A stretch of 64,000 nucleotides of DNA from Eledone cirrhosa (lineage: Eukaryota): contig OZ024751.1 of NCBI GenBank assembly GCA_964016885.1, positions 11,222,001 through 11,286,000 on the forward strand, written 5' to 3'. Below, piece after piece: positions 29,758 to 45,686 of the stretch. The notes below the pieces were generated by a model that was not told where the DNA came from, did no database searches, and was given only the letters and a program-made list of their open reading frames with translations. The position numbers were made by a program, and so were the translations under genes. Positions within the stretch are counted from its first letter, which is position 1; every line of letters begins with the position of its first letter.

Positions 29758-30367
29758 CGTACATACATCCATAATACATATATACATAATACATAAATAG
29801 ATATATACATACATGCATATATATAGCAAGCCCCCGCACATACATGAATAATCGTCATTATGTTCCTCTTTTACGTAAGAATGTAGTGAATAACCACCTG
29901 CGAGGGGAGGTAAACCACTCAGTAACAATTGTGTTATTTAGTGGTGCTTTCTCGAAACTGCTAGCGGCTCATTATATTTAATTAAATAATTAATGTCCTC
30001 TCAACCTAATTTCATTTGCTCAGCAGGAGTTTTAAGAAGGAACCACAATCTTAGCCTAAATACGAACTAAAAATTCAAAAAATTATTGAAACTAAAAAAA
30101 ATATATATATATATAAAATTATGGCAAGATATAAAGAAAAATAACAATTAATTTCTGATTTTGAAAAAAAAAAAAAATTTGTGAAAAAAAAATAACAAGA
30201 CAAAAATATATAATAATCATTTAAAAACTTTATGGCAATGTGAATCTATTACCTTTCCATATTTTGTTTATAATATGTATATAATATTTATATACATATA
30301 AAAATATCTATGTATATATATATATATTTATATATAGTATATATATTTATATATATATATTTATATA

Positions 30368-30622
30368 CAATATATTAACAAATGGAAACTCTACTTATAA
30401 AACCATATTTATTTCATTATACATATTTCAAGGACACCAAAGCAAATTATGGTGCGCTTTCATCAGATAAAATATAATATAGATCAGTTTTATAAACACA
30501 TATTGACATACCCTTAAAGAATGCGACCATGTCGGTTGGAAGCTCCCGGATAGTGGGGTTACTAATTTTATTGGTCTATTATGCAAATTAGTGTATCCTA
30601 ACAAATTAAATATAACTTCTAC
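30368..30622 (-). mobile_element. Family E copy with intact hammerhead at 30411-30473
   Basis: Reverse complement: ATTTTAT-CTGATGA-AAGCGCACCA..TGGTGTCCTT-GAAA-TATGTA-TA-ATGAAAT. The upstream part matches 10480-10549. Confidence 0.82.
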
Positions 30623-30647
30623 ATATATATATATATTTATATATATA

Positions 30648-30680
<33 letters not shown>

Positions 30681-30684
<4 letters not shown>

Positions 30685-30878
30685 CGAAGGAAATGTGGTA
30701 AGGAACCAGGTGGACCATAACGCACCAAAGTACTCAATACTTGAGGTAGTAGAGTGGGTAATAGGAACCAGTAAGACCCCGACAGCTGAGCTCAAGCCGT
30801 TTCGACGGCTAATTCTGGACCAGAATTAGCCGTCGAAACGGCTTGAGCTCAGCTGTCGGGGTCTTACTGGTTCCTATA
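30681..30878. mobile_element. Family C fold-back
   Basis: Perfect arms at 30761-30817 and 30820-30876, with a tail at 30681-30760. (TA)n on both sides. Confidence 0.88.
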
Positions 30879-31089
30879 TATATATATATATATATTTATA
30901 TAAATTACACAATTATCAAAGTTATGTTCAAATCATTTAATTGCTGATAATCGTTTCTTCCAAACTTTCGTTTGGAGTTATCGGAGCATTATCAATGTTT
31001 GTACATATAATTAACCTCCTATTCAACTGGACAATCATATAGATACATATATATTGATGTCGTGAGCAACAGTTTCGCATTTACAGGGC

Positions 31090-31562
31090 ATCAGCTTTCG
31101 CGCCAGTTTGTATTTGAATTTCTTTTTACTTTAAAAAAAGTGGCTCACGAAGGCTTTTTTTAAGTAAAAAGAAATTCAAGCACAAACTGGCGCGAAAGCT
31201 GATATGCTTATTCACGTGACTGCACCAACCAACGAAACTTCACTCATTTATGAAAAAAAAACCTGAGCACCCCCTTTGTTGGAAGAACTTTGTAAGCGAA
31301 CTGGCACGAAATTTATTATACTTATTCTCCAACCAATCAAATTAGTTCTCTAAAAACCTGGCATTTCGAGCCACTTTTTTCCATATAAAACAAGTAACAT
31401 TGAAAGACCAACCAGATGCGAGAAAAACCAGAGAGCCTCCATCTCAATTCTACTTTTGAAAAGCAGAAGAACTGCGAAACCGGTAAAGGAACCAAATGAA
31501 TATATATATTTAAAAAAAAAAAGACTCCAGTTGCATTTTCGATTTCATCTTTTTTCCTTATA
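31090..31562 (+). mobile_element. Family G element with 5' fold-back (31091-31203) and U3-A8 hammerhead
   Basis: Segment 31155-31562 aligns with 44515-44935. Confidence 0.85.
31453..31488 (+). ncRNA. Hammerhead ribozyme variant U3-A8, family G
   Basis: CTT-TTGAAAA-GCAG AAGAA CTGC-GAAA-CCGG-TA-AAG. Same motif at 44826-44861 (+) and 44398-44433 (-, one stem II mismatch). Confidence 0.7.
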
Positions 31563-31653
31563 TATATATATATATATACAAATATACATTCAATTATGTA
31601 TATATATGAATGTATAATTGAATGTATATATATAAATATATATATAAACATAT

Positions 31654-31693
<40 letters not shown>

Positions 31694-31765
31694 ACAAATA
31701 TACATTCAATTATGTATATATATGAATGTATAATTGAATGAATATATATAAATATATATAGAAAC

Positions 31766-31807
<42 letters not shown>

Positions 31808-31874
31808 ATAATAATAAATTTGAAGACTACAATCCAAAGAGGGCTCGATAAGGATAAATATATATCAAATATAT

Positions 31875-33335
<1,461 letters not shown>

Positions 33336-33430
33336 TATGTATACATATATATATATATATATATATATATGTGTATATACATACTTACTCATATATATAT
33401 ACATATACAATCATCATCACCATCATCATA

Positions 33431-33476
<46 letters not shown>

Positions 33477-33862
33477 TTATAATACATACATTTCTGAAAT
33501 GTTGTTATTTATCATTATTGTTTCGTTTAGTTCTTACCATTTCGCCATGCTGCTTCATCTTCATTCCCCTGTTTCTATAATTTTAGCTGATTTCATCTAA
33601 TTTGTCTTTTCTTTATTATCTCCCCTTTTTGTTCTATTTTACATCTACATTATTTTTCTCCCTTTTATTACTATTGTCCTCTTTGTTTGTTGTATTTCGT
33701 TTTTATTTTCCTTCATATGTTATTTAATTTTTACATTATTATCTTTTTTACTATATCGATATTTGTCCCTTCACATTGATCGTTGTTATTGTTATTCTTC
33801 ATGTTGCGGCTTTTCAATATTAGGGTTTCTTCGCACATCATTACCTCGTTAGTTATTTCTTA

Positions 33863-33889
33863 GTTGTTGTTGTTGCTGCTGCTGCTGCT

Positions 33890-33961
<72 letters not shown>

Positions 33962-34003
33962 CTTCTTCTTCTTCTTCTTCTTCTTCTTCTTCTTCTTCTT
34001 CTT

Positions 34004-34033
<30 letters not shown>
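33863..34033. repeat. (GTT)n/(GCT)n then (CTT)n
   Basis: Direct inspection. Confidence 0.97.
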
Positions 34034-34034
<1 letters not shown>

Positions 34035-34408
34035 AACTCTTATCTTTTCAACGCGGAGGCAACACAACTAGATCTTCTTTATTCATTTAGCTGGACTCAC
34101 CATTCACTTCCGCCGAAAGCAGCTATACACGGTCTATAGAATTATCTCTCCCTCTATCTCTCTCTTTTTCTCTGTATACACACGCAAACATATATAAATA
34201 TGGCATACATACATACATACATACATACATGCATATATATATACATATATATACATACATACATACATGCATATATATATACATAAACGTACCATTCATG
34301 ACATTCCATCGATCATCGACACGCGAGTGGGAAACATCTTTAGTGATTGGTTTTTGAATCCCCGGTCAACACACACACACCCTCACACACACAGAGACCA
34401 CACATGAT

Positions 34409-34439
<31 letters not shown>

Positions 34440-34987
34440 CGCAGACCATGCACGACACACATAACAGCAGCCCCACACCAGCATACATAGCACACATGAC
34501 ATTTTATTTGCCACATTTTTAGTAAAATATTTTCTACATTATGAGAAAGAAAAAAAATGAAAAAAAAAACGTGAAATATTTTAACCAAACAATATATTCG
34601 ACTTAAATAAATTTTACAAACACACAAAAAAGTTATCGAAACAAATATGTTAATTAATCATGCATAAATTAACAATTACTATCTATAATAACTGGAATGG
34701 AGTCATTCTTCCGAAATGTAGAGCAGAGTTTTACAGGGTATTTTAGGTGCCATGTTAGTTTTCTTAATATCTTATGGTCGTCCTTGTAATTCATCAATGT
34801 TTTGACACTTCTGGCATTTTATATGTGACTGTGTTGTATATCTTTCGTGTGTCCGCAGGGATACATGTGTGGTGCGTGTCTATATGCATGTACACATGCG
34901 TGTATGTATGTGCGTATTCCTCTGTGTGTGTGTATGTGTAATTGCGCATGTTTACTATGTTTATTTAATGTGCGTGCAGCCAACCAA

Positions 34988-35047
<60 letters not shown>

Positions 35048-35048
<1 letters not shown>

Positions 35049-35222
35049 AATCCCGGGTTCAATCGGGGGCTAACCACAGTAAGTAAGGGACTCAATGCAT
35101 AGCAGAGTATAAATATTTAATATAGAAATGGCTTCTATAGGGCATGGGGCTTTCCTGATGATTTCCTTCGAATGAAACAGTTCTATTCCTGTAGAAGCCA
35201 TTTCTATATTAAATATATATTT
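35048..35222. mobile_element. Family H fold-back with HHR-like core (35155-35183)
   Basis: CTGATGA-TTTC CTTC GAAT-GAAACAGTTC. Arms at about 35113-35141 and 35188-35216. The tail matches the reverse complement of 43350-43427. Confidence 0.75.
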
Positions 35223-35286
35223 ATAATAGATATAAATCGAAGTAGTAGCCGCAGTAGAGTAGATACCAATCGAATATATATATATG

Positions 35287-35349
<63 letters not shown>

Positions 35350-36309
35350 GTATATATCCGTTTGTTTGTATGCATAGATAGTTCTAAGAACGTTGGCCAT
35401 GTTACTACAAAAACAGATTAATTTTTGGGTGTCCATAACAGAGCCCTCCTTCTACCCCTAATATTGTATATTGCGTTTTGCTCCCTTGCTTTAACCAGTG
35501 AACAAAAATGAAGTACTGTGTACATCACGTGACATTATAAACCTTTTAAGAGTTTTTTGTAGCTATTTTTCTCTGTATAATCCCACAGAAATGTTCAAAC
35601 TGTTCCAGTTTTAGTAATAGTTTTAAACACGAACTGTAGGCTGATGAGTCACTGATTTAGCTTCAAAGCTATCAATAAACAATAAACACACACACACACA
35701 CACACTCACACACACACACAAAACATATGTAATTGAATATGTGTGTGTATGTGTGTAAATGTGTATACACACATACACGCACACAAAAACATATGACAAA
35801 ATATAAATATATACATATATAATACCTAAAACAATTCATATAAAAAAACATCAACAGAATGATTACAAGGCATTCACCTGAAATACACCTGAAATACACT
35901 CCTTAATCTCTATAAACTCACCTGAAATACACCCACTAATCTCTAAAAACTAACTTCTGTAGAATTTTCATAAAAAACATGTTTCAAATCCCTCAATGGA
36001 TTCCTGTGAATGTACAAATGTATATTTTGTGTGTGTTTTAATCAGAGCCTCTGTGCCTTTCAATGTCAGTCAGGATATATCTATCCTATAACAAGTTACT
36101 CCACTGCTCCTATCAAGTAAGATCCCATCAAGCCAATAATCACATAACATCACGCCCAACTCCATAGCAAAAGGCAGGTAACATAAACAAACCTCCACAT
36201 GCATACACCTCACTTCACATACATATACCACCATCCATACACATACACACACCGTCCTTCATATACACACACTGCCCTCAACATATTCACACCACCTTCT
36301 ATATACATA

Positions 36310-36955
36310 CACACACGCGCACCACTCTCCATACACACCCCGCCCCCCATACACACACCGCCCTCCATACACACCACACCACTCTCCACACACACAACCC
36401 TCCATACACACACTACCCTCCATACACACACCGCCCTCCATACACGCCGCCATCAATGCACACACCACTCTCCACACCACACCACTCTCCACACACACCA
36501 CCCTCCATACACACACTACCCTCCATACACACACCGCCCTCCATACACGCCGCCATCAATGCACACACCACTCTCCACACCACACCACTCTCCACACACA
36601 CCACCCTCCATACACACACTACCCTCCATACACACACCGCCCTCCATACACGCCGCCATCAATGCACACACCACTCTCCACACCACACCACTCTCCACAC
36701 ACACCACCCTCCATACACACACTACCCTCCATACACACACCGCCCTCCATACACGCCGCCATCAATGCACACACCACTCTCCACACCACACCACTCTCCA
36801 CACACACCACCCTCCATACACACACTACCCTCCATACAGACACCGCCCTCCATACACGCCGCCCTCAATGCACACACCACTCTCCACACACACCACCCTC
36901 CACACACAGCACCCTCCATACACCCACCGCCCTCCATACACGCCGCCCTCCACAT
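36310..36955. repeat. 103-bp tandem repeat (~6 units) built from ccctccatacac subunits
   Basis: Identical ORF ends at 36413, 36516, 36619 and 36722 give a period of 103. Confidence 0.93.
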
Positions 36956-37669
36956 ACCTCTCATTTATATATATGATACTCACACTAATTGCTTCCGACA
37001 TCATGCATCCAAGAAAGATTATTTTAGAAAATCTAAATACAAAAAAACAATCATCATCATCATCGTCATCGTCATAATTTCATCATCAATATGATCACCA
37101 TCATCATCACCATCATCATTATCATCATCACCATCATCATTATCATCATCATCATCACCACCATCATCATTATCATCACCATCATCACCACCATCATCAT
37201 TATCATCACCATCATCACCACCATCATCATTATCATTATCATCATTATCACCATCATCATTATCATTACCATCATCACAATCATCGCCATATTCAATATG
37301 TTTACCATCATCAATGTCATCATCATCGTCATCATCATCACAATCGCTGTCGTCGTTGGCAACATAATCATCATTATCATCGTCATTACCACCGGGTCAA
37401 CCATCACCATCACCGCCATCACCATTGGCACCAATATCATCATCATAGTCATCATCATCAACATCAGCACCAGCCTGATAATCATCATCATAATCATTAT
37501 AATCACCCCCCCCCCCCGCCTACTACCAACATCCCCCTACCTCCTGCATAATAACATCATCCACAATAACATCCTTACCAACTGCAAAACAAAACTATCA
37601 ACAACATATTCATCAGCATCATCACACAATATAACTACCACCGCCGCCGCCGCCACCCTCACCACCTCC

Positions 37670-38180
37670 GGCAACGCAATCACCATTTCGACCAACCACC
37701 ACCACCACCACCCTCGCCAACACAATCACCATTTCGACCAACCACCACCACCCACGTCAACACGATCACCATTTCGACCAACCACCACCACCCTCGTCAA
37801 CACAATCACCATTTCGACCAACCACCACAACCACCACCCTCGCCAATACAATCACCATTTCGACCAACCACCACCACCCTCGCCAACACAATCACCATTT
37901 CGACCAACCACCACCACCACCCTCGTCAACACAATCACCATTTCGACCAACCACCACCACCACAACCACCACCCTCGCCAATACAATCACCATTTCGACC
38001 AACCACCACCACCCTCGCCAACGCAATCACCATTTCGACCAACCACCACCACCCTCGCCAACACAATCACCATTTCGACCAACCACCACCACCACCACAC
38101 TCGCCAACACAATCACCATTTCGACCAACCACCACCACCCTCGCCGACGCAATCACCATTTCGACCAACCACCACCACCA
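37670..38180. repeat. ~39-45 bp minisatellite cgccaacacaatcaccatttcgaccaa(cca)n
   Basis: About 12 recurrences of aatcaccatttcgaccaacc. Confidence 0.93.
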
Positions 38181-38616
38181 CCAACCACCACCACCACCAC
38201 CATCGACATCACCAACAAAATCATCCCCCACCGCCACCACCACGACTACGACGACCTCCCCAACCATTAAAACCACCTCAACCACCACCACCACCACCAC
38301 CACCACCACCACCACCTTCACCGACAATTTCACCATTACGAATATGCTGTCGACCACCACCACCACCACCACCGCCAATCACTCCCACCACCACCACAGC
38401 CATTACCACCACCTCAACCGCCACCACCACCACCACCACCACCTACAACATCAACAACAACAATAACAATATCAACAACATTAACAACACCACTATCTTC
38501 TGTTGCTGTCAATCCTTCTTAGAAGGAAGGATTTTAAAGAAATTAATTCTATGATTTAAACAATTTATTTAAACATTTATATATTTTTTATAATATATAT
38601 ATATGTATGTATATAT

Positions 38617-38745
<129 letters not shown>

Positions 38746-38748
38746 CAA

Positions 38749-38780
<32 letters not shown>

Positions 38781-38846
38781 TATATACGGTTCTCTATCTT
38801 CCAGTATTTTTCATGTCACGTTTTGTCAAAATCAACATCATCATGA

Positions 38847-38877
<31 letters not shown>

Positions 38878-39869
38878 CTTCTTCTTCTTTCTTTGGTTAT
38901 TCGTCCGATTTTTCGATCATTTTTGTTCGGTTTTGATTTGCAATGGTTGCAATTGTATGTGCGCATGCGTGCGTGTAAACATTCATCTTCACGTGAAAGA
39001 ATTAGGTTTGTTTTTAGCGGATCAGAAAAGAAAAAAAAGAACGAAAACACATCATGCATCTTATTTTTTTTTATATCCTCATATCCTCATGTGTACGTGA
39101 AGAGTTGTTTGGTTGCTGATAGGGTTCTTGCATGTATGGGTGTGTAGTGCTGTACACAGTGTAGTAAATGTTTATCTCTCTATACGCTATGGCGTATATT
39201 CTTGTATATATGTTGTGTATGTTTGTGTGTCTATATGTGAAAACGTGTTTGGGTCAGTATATATTTCGTGTATGTATAGGTGTATATATTCTGTGGTGTA
39301 TAAACTCTAGTATAACTCTGCGTGATTATTAGTTCTTTTGAACAAAGAAGTATTTTTGTGTCTATAAATATATGTGCATCTAAATCTTGTATGTATATGT
39401 CTATGTGATGTTATTTATTTGTGTATAAATGTTACGTTTGTAAGTTTGTAAGTGTATTTATCGTTGATATTTGTGAATGTTTAGATATGTGCTATCCATT
39501 ATAAGATGTGTATATTTATCTAAACATCCAGGTAGCAAAAGCTGTCTATATCGGTGTAAGTATCATTTTGTATAAATCATGTCTGTATATGTACTTGTGT
39601 ATAAATTGTATGTGTACTTGTGTATAAATTGTGAGTGCTACTGTAAATATTTTGTATGTTTATGTATCCGTACGTGTATATAAATTGTGTCTATATATTG
39701 GTGAACTATAGATTGTGTATGTTTCAGGATATGAAATACTAGTATAATTCATGCATGTTTATGTGTGTGGTTTGAACACAGGCATAACAAAGTGGTTAAG
39801 AATTTCGCAAACATCACGTTTTGGGTTCGATCCTTCAGCGTAGCGTCTTGAGTAGGTTTGTTCAACGCC

Positions 39870-39920
<51 letters not shown>

Positions 39921-39923
<3 letters not shown>

Positions 39924-40120
39924 GGAAAATATTCAAGACCCCGACGGCGTTTCGACGGCTATTTCTGAACTCATATATATATATATATCAGATATATTGG
40001 AGTTGGTACAAACCAATTAGACCATTACTCACTAGAGTACTCGATACTTGGGGCAGTAGAGTGGGTAATATGAACAAATTCAAGACCCGACATACATATT
40101 TTATGTATTATATATTTTTA

Positions 40121-40165
<45 letters not shown>

Positions 40166-40254
40166 GATGAAAGCGCACCATAATTTGCTTTGGTGTCCTT
40201 GAAATATGTATAATGAAATAAATATGGTTTTATAAATATAGTTTCCATTTATTA

Positions 40255-40262
<8 letters not shown>
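39921..40262. mobile_element. Fragments of family C relatives (39921-40091) and family E hammerhead copy (40161-40262, +)
   Basis: gaccccgacggcgtttcgacggc and gtagagtgggtaat match family C. TAT-CTGATGA...GAAA-TATGTA-TA-ATGAAAT at 40161-40219 matches family E. Confidence 0.78.
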
Positions 40263-40312
<50 letters not shown>

Positions 40313-40924
40313 GACTTAACTCATATTTTATTGTATCAATTTTGGAGAGAGAAAAAGCAAAGTTGAACTCGGAGTCACTTGAACTCAGAATGTATTATCC
40401 CGTTGTGTATAAAATCATCGACTTTATAGTAACAATTAACATTTAAATCTACTGTATGCCTTTGGTCATTTAGCTCAGAGAGCCGCGTTCTTTTCACCAG
40501 GCGTGATTCCTTCCCGTGATAATGCCTAGAAAGCAACATCATATAACTTCTACATGTAGCTAACATGAAACGTTTTAAAAATAACACACTATCACCCAGC
40601 ACAACAGCTCGTTCCATCAACTCCATCGCAAAAACAACATATGACTATTCACACACAATTGGTTATAAAATTCCGCAGTAACGAATACGAACATTATATA
40701 TGTTATTATAGATAGATCATCTGTATTTAAGAACTAATCTTAGTTATACAGAAATGGTCTCATAGAAAAGATAAAGATAACTCGCCACCTGTCATGACAC
40801 TATTCCTGAACAAAAGAACCGAGCTTATCTCAAGTTGTCGACATACGTCAAACTTCTTGCTAATTAACTTCAGAGTAGGACAATGTTCTGACACTCGAAA
40901 AAAGAAGTACTGTTATCTAAAACC

Positions 40925-41060
40925 AGACGCAGGCTTTGCTGTTGTGAAGTTAACTTTGTAACCACATTGCTCTAGTCTTGGCCACGCAGTGCAGCTCCTT
41001 AAGCAAGTGATTTCTGTTATAGCTTCGGGTTAATCAATGCATTATGAGCAGAATTTGTCA
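40925..41060 (+). mobile_element. Degenerate copy of another SINE family (also ~50935-51050)
   Basis: Both loci share 'gcaagtg..tt.t....agc.t.gg....gcatt.t.a..gaa.tt.g'. Old and diverged. Confidence 0.45.
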
Positions 41061-41199
41061 GGAGATCTCGTTAAGGGTGAAAGCAGCAATTCTTTGCTTA
41101 AACTTTAATCTGATATTTTAATATATATATATATGTGTGTGTGAGTCTGTGTGTCTGTGTATGTACATATATATATGTGTGTGGGCGTGTGTATGTGAC

Positions 41200-42020
41200 T
41201 CAGAAAGTGAAACTCGATGATATCGACCCAAGTGCGTGACTGGTACTTTATTTTATCGATGCTGTAAGGATGAAAGTAAATCTAGCTTCGGCGGAATTTG
41301 AACTCAGGAAGTATAATAATAAGATTTGTTTCTGCTTTATGCACAAGGCCAGCAATTTGAAGGGGGGAGGGGAACGTCGATTAAATTAACACCAGTGTGT
41401 TACTGGTACTTTATGTTATCGACGCCGTAAGGATGAAAGACAAAGCTAACCACGGCGAGATTTGAAATCTGAACGTATAATAATATTTGTTTTCATTTTT
41501 GGCACAAGGCCAGTAATTACACCAGTACATTACTGGTGCTTTATTTTATCGACCCCGTAAGGATGAGGGCAAAGTTAACCTCGGCGGGATTTGAACTCAA
41601 AACGTAAAGGGCCACAACTCTATGCTGCAAAGCATGGTGTCTGATGCTCAACTGATACTGCCAAACCACCGCCCTTACGGTAATAATAATTGTTTCTACA
41701 TTTGGCACAAGGCCAGCAATAACCCAGTGCATTACTGGTACTTTATTTTATCGACCCCGTAAGGATGAAAGGCAAAGTTACCCTCGGTGGGAATAATGCT
41801 AATACTAATAAAAATGGATACAAAACTTAATAATTGGTTCTACTTTTGGCACAAGGCCAGCAATTACCCAGTGTATTACTGGTACTTTATTTTATCGACC
41901 TCGTAAGGATGAAAGGCAAAGTTAACCTCGGCGGGATTTGAACTCAGAATGGCAAGGGCCGTAACTCTATGCGTCAAAGCATGGCGTCAGACCCTCTACC
42001 GATACTGCCAATCCACACAA
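41200..42020 (-). mobile_element. Head-to-tail cluster of ~5 SINE copies/fragments
   Basis: Repeated tactggtactttattttatcgaccccgtaaggatgaaaggcaaagttaacctcggcgggatttgaactca. Confidence 0.9.
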
Positions 42021-43079
42021 AACTTAATAATAATAACAACAATTACAACAACATCAACATTAGAAATATGCCAATGTCTTCATTTATTAATTTATTCTTC
42101 CAATACATATAATATGAAAAACTTAAGATATGTTCTGTATTAATTTATTGTGTTTAAATATTCATTTATTATAATCTTAGTAATAAACAGCTAGTGTATA
42201 TTTATAATGTTGTTATTACGTTGTTATGGTTGTTGTAGTCATAGTGTTGTTGTTATTGTAATCTTTGCTGTTGTTGTTGCTGTTGAGGTTGTTGGTGTTG
42301 TTTTAATTGTTTTGTTTTCGTTGGTGTTTGTTGTGTTGATGGTTGTGGTGGCGTTGTTGCTGTTGTTGAATCTGTTTGTTGTTGTTGTTGGTGGTGGTGG
42401 TATTGTTGCTGTTGTTGTTGGTGGTGGTGGTATTGTTGGTGTTGGTGTTGTTGGTGGTGGTATTGTTGGTGTTGTTGTTGTTGGTGTTGTCGGTGTTGTT
42501 GGTGGTGTTCTTGTTATTAGTGATGTTGTTGGTGTTGTTGGTGTTGTTGTTGTTGGTGATGGTGTTGTCGGTGTTGTTGGTGATGTTGTTGTTCTTGTTG
42601 GTGTTGATGTTGTTGTTATAATCAGCTTGGGAAGTCGTTTAATAAATAAATCTCCTGACTAAAGTTGTTTGTAGATTAACGAACAGAAGATATTAATAAT
42701 CTGGGACGTTTAAGCTAATCTCTTAATTCCTACCACCATCACCACAACCACCACAACAACCACCACCACCACGACCATTGCCGCCAGTAGCACCAGCACC
42801 AGCACCAGCACCAGCACCACCATCAACATCACCTCCACAACCAACGCCGTCACCGCCGCCGAACCCCCCCCCCCCCCGTCAACACCTCCACCACCACAAA
42901 CAACGGCGCCACCGACACCACGACCTCCCACCTATACCACCTCCTCATTACCAACCATACCGACCGTACCACCACACAACACCAAAGTAACACTATCCAC
43001 TCATCATTTTCCTGATCAACCTTTGAAAAGAAAAAGAAATATGAATTATATTATATCATATTGTGTTATTTATACATAG

Positions 43080-43195
43080 AGTTCAATCCAGCCGAGATTG
43101 ACTTTGCCTTTCATACTTACGGGGGTCGATTAAATAAAGTACCAGTAATGCACTGAAGTAATTGCTGTCCTTGTGCGAAAAGTAGAAACAATTAT
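43080..43195 (+). mobile_element. 5'-truncated SINE
   Basis: gagttcaatcc...gggggtcgattaaataaagtaccagtaatgcactg...gtagaaacaatt. Confidence 0.85.
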
Positions 43196-43207
43196 ATACA
43201 TATATAC

Positions 43208-43232
<25 letters not shown>

Positions 43233-43238
<6 letters not shown>

Positions 43239-43434
43239 GATGAGATTCTACAGGACTAGAACTGTTTCATTCTTTAGAAATCATCAAGAATAATCCGAGA
43301 TTCCTGATGATTTCTAAAGAATGAAACAGTTCTAGTCCTGTAGAATCTCATCTATATTAAAACTTTTATACTCTGCAATGTATGAGTACCTTACTTACTG
43401 TGGTTACCTCCGATTCAACCCGGAATAACGTACC
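43233..43434. mobile_element. Family H fold-back with HHR-like cores
   Basis: Arms at 43233-43290 and 43301-43357. CTGATGA(43304)-TTTC TAAA GAAT-GAAACAGTTC. Tail GAGTAC at 43384. Confidence 0.82.
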
Positions 43435-43453
43435 TATATATATATATATATAG

Positions 43454-43498
<45 letters not shown>

Positions 43499-43503
<5 letters not shown>

Positions 43504-44093
43504 ATGTCCCCTCGTCATCGAGTATGGCCATTGTATGATATACCATTATCAATAATTATTAATTAATTCTATCGTGCAATGCCTGTGCGTGAAGATATTT
43601 TTTAAAGTGAAGAAAGACTGTGCACTGAGCCAATCCCACTCTCTGAGCGACAGTAGTTATAACCCGAAAAGAAGAAAAGATCAACATCATCGGTAACTAC
43701 TGACCCGCAGGTTTTGTATCGGAGTTATCCCAGTTTCCTGATTTGCCTTCTCGGAGAATGCCGACAAAGGCTAGGGGTCCTTCACTGCCAGTGGTTTAAC
43801 CGCGCGATCGGGTGTCCAGCCCGACTATTTCTATGTCCCCGCGCATATTAACACACATGTATATACACATATAATACATATGTACATGTGGATATACATG
43901 TTTACACACTTTCGGATGGCTGTTGACTCTTATGAGTTCTTCCACCCTTTGTCAGGTTTTGTTTTTTGTCCTGCAGGATGTCCAAAATCACTCTTCTCAC
44001 CAAGTAAACTTGGTGGGGTTGCCGGCTTAGTCGCTGACGACCCGACCATACGACAGGCTGTACTGGGTTACATGTTACCAGTAGCACTCAAGA
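43499..44093 (-). mobile_element. Non-autonomous RTE-related element (5'UTR joined to short 3' end), interrupted by microsatellite
   Basis: Reverse complement aligns with 54518-54895. The 3' end reads tggccatactcgatgacgag...ccatc followed by (TA)n. Confidence 0.78.
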
Positions 44094-44191
44094 ATAATCC
44101 GACATATATACATACCTGCACACACACACACACACTATACATATTTATATATATATAACTAACAAATAGTTTTTCGCCCTACATGGCTAAA

Positions 44192-44263
<72 letters not shown>

Positions 44264-44266
<3 letters not shown>

Positions 44267-44938
44267 AAAATGAGGTTTTTTTTGCAAAATGAAAAATAAA
44301 TGAGGTGTCCTACACGAGTGAAAGTATAAGGAAAAGAGATGAAATCGAAATGCAACTGGAGTCTTTTTAAAAAAATATATATATATTTATTTGGTTCCTT
44401 TACCGGTTTCGCATTTCTTCTGCTTTTCAAAAGTAGAGTTGAGATGGAGGGTCTGTATAATTTCATTTATAACCAATCAAATTACATTTATAAAAAAAAG
44501 CCTATGTGAACCACATTTTTTAAGTAAAAAGAAATTCAAACAAACTGGCGCGAAAGCTGATGTGCTTATTCACGTGACTGCATCAACCAACCAAACTTCA
44601 CTCATATATGAAAAAACAACCTGAGCCCCCCCCCCCCCCCCTTTTTTTTTGTTTGAAGAACTTTGTAACGCGAACTGGCGCGAAATTTATTATACTTACT
44701 CACCAACCAATCAAATTAATTCTCTAAAAACCTATCATTTCGAGCCACTTTTTTTCCATATAAAACAAGTAACATTCAAAGACCAACCAGATGTGAGAAA
44801 AACCAGACCCTTCATCTCAACTCTACTTTTGAAAAGCAGAAGAACTGCGAAACCGGTAAAGGAACCAAATCAATATATATATTTAAAAAGAAAAGACTCC
44901 AGTTAAAATTTCGATTTCATCTTTTTTCCTTATATATA
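44264..44938. mobile_element. Family G fold-back with two divergent U3-A8 hammerheads
   Basis: Arms at about 44325-44453 and 44806-44933. The left arm carries the tail to (TA)n. Confidence 0.87.
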
Positions 44939-44940
44939 TA

Positions 44941-45135
44941 GTTGTTTCTACTTTAGGCACAAGGCCAGCAATTACCCAGTGCATTACTGGTACTTTATTT
45001 TATCGACCCCCGTAAGGATGAAAGGCAAAGTCAACCTCGGCGGGATTTGAACTCAGATCGTAAAGGGACGTAACTATGCTGGAAAGCATGGCGTCCGACC
45101 TTCTACCGATACTGCCAATCCACCGCCAATCCATC
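44941..45135 (-). mobile_element. Full-length tRNA-derived SINE (~195 bp)
   Basis: A and B boxes on minus. Near-identical to 57430-57620. Confidence 0.92.
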
Positions 45136-45386
45136 CTTATATATATTGTGACACTAAGAATTGCCGCTTTTTGTAAACTTTATTTCATGTTACAAACGTT
45201 TCTGTATCGATCAGCTTGAGTATGTCGATTAGCATGTTTATTATCTATAAAACAAATTGTTTATACCTTCATATACACCCCTTGTGATGAACCATGTTAT
45301 GCTAGTTCCATATCTAATCTCTCTGTCTCTGTGCTGTTTGCTTTGTTATTTTTGTTTCCCTTTTTCATACATACACACATGCAATG

Positions 45387-45441
<55 letters not shown>

Positions 45442-45445
<4 letters not shown>

Positions 45446-45641
45446 CGAAGGAGGTGTGGTAAGGAACCAGATGGACCATAACGCACCAGAGTACTTAATA
45501 CTTAGGGTAGTAGAGTGGGTATTAGGAAAATGTTTAACTCCGACGGCAAGCCATTTCGACGGCAATTTCTGGACGCTAATAGTCCAGAAATAGCCGTCGA
45601 AACGGCTTCAGCTCTGCCGTCGGGGTTAAACATTTTCCTAT
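45442..45641. mobile_element. Family C fold-back
   Basis: Arms at about 45523-45574 and 45582-45639, with tail 45442-45522 as at 30681. Confidence 0.85.
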
Positions 45642-45644
45642 ATA

Positions 45645-45681
<37 letters not shown>

Positions 45682-45686
<5 letters not shown>

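Noticed and set aside
35641-35675. CTGATGAGTCAC motif
   Set aside because: No downstream GAAA/UH or stems.
40455-40535. Possible minus-strand exon (ttgctttctag acceptor; HYHGKESRLVKRTRLSELNDQR)
   Set aside because: No convincing donor site or recognisable homology.
44391-44906. ORFs within family G as a PLE protein C-terminus
   Set aside because: No recognisable RT or GIY-YIG motifs, and the frames are not maintained in the 31.1-31.5 kb copy.
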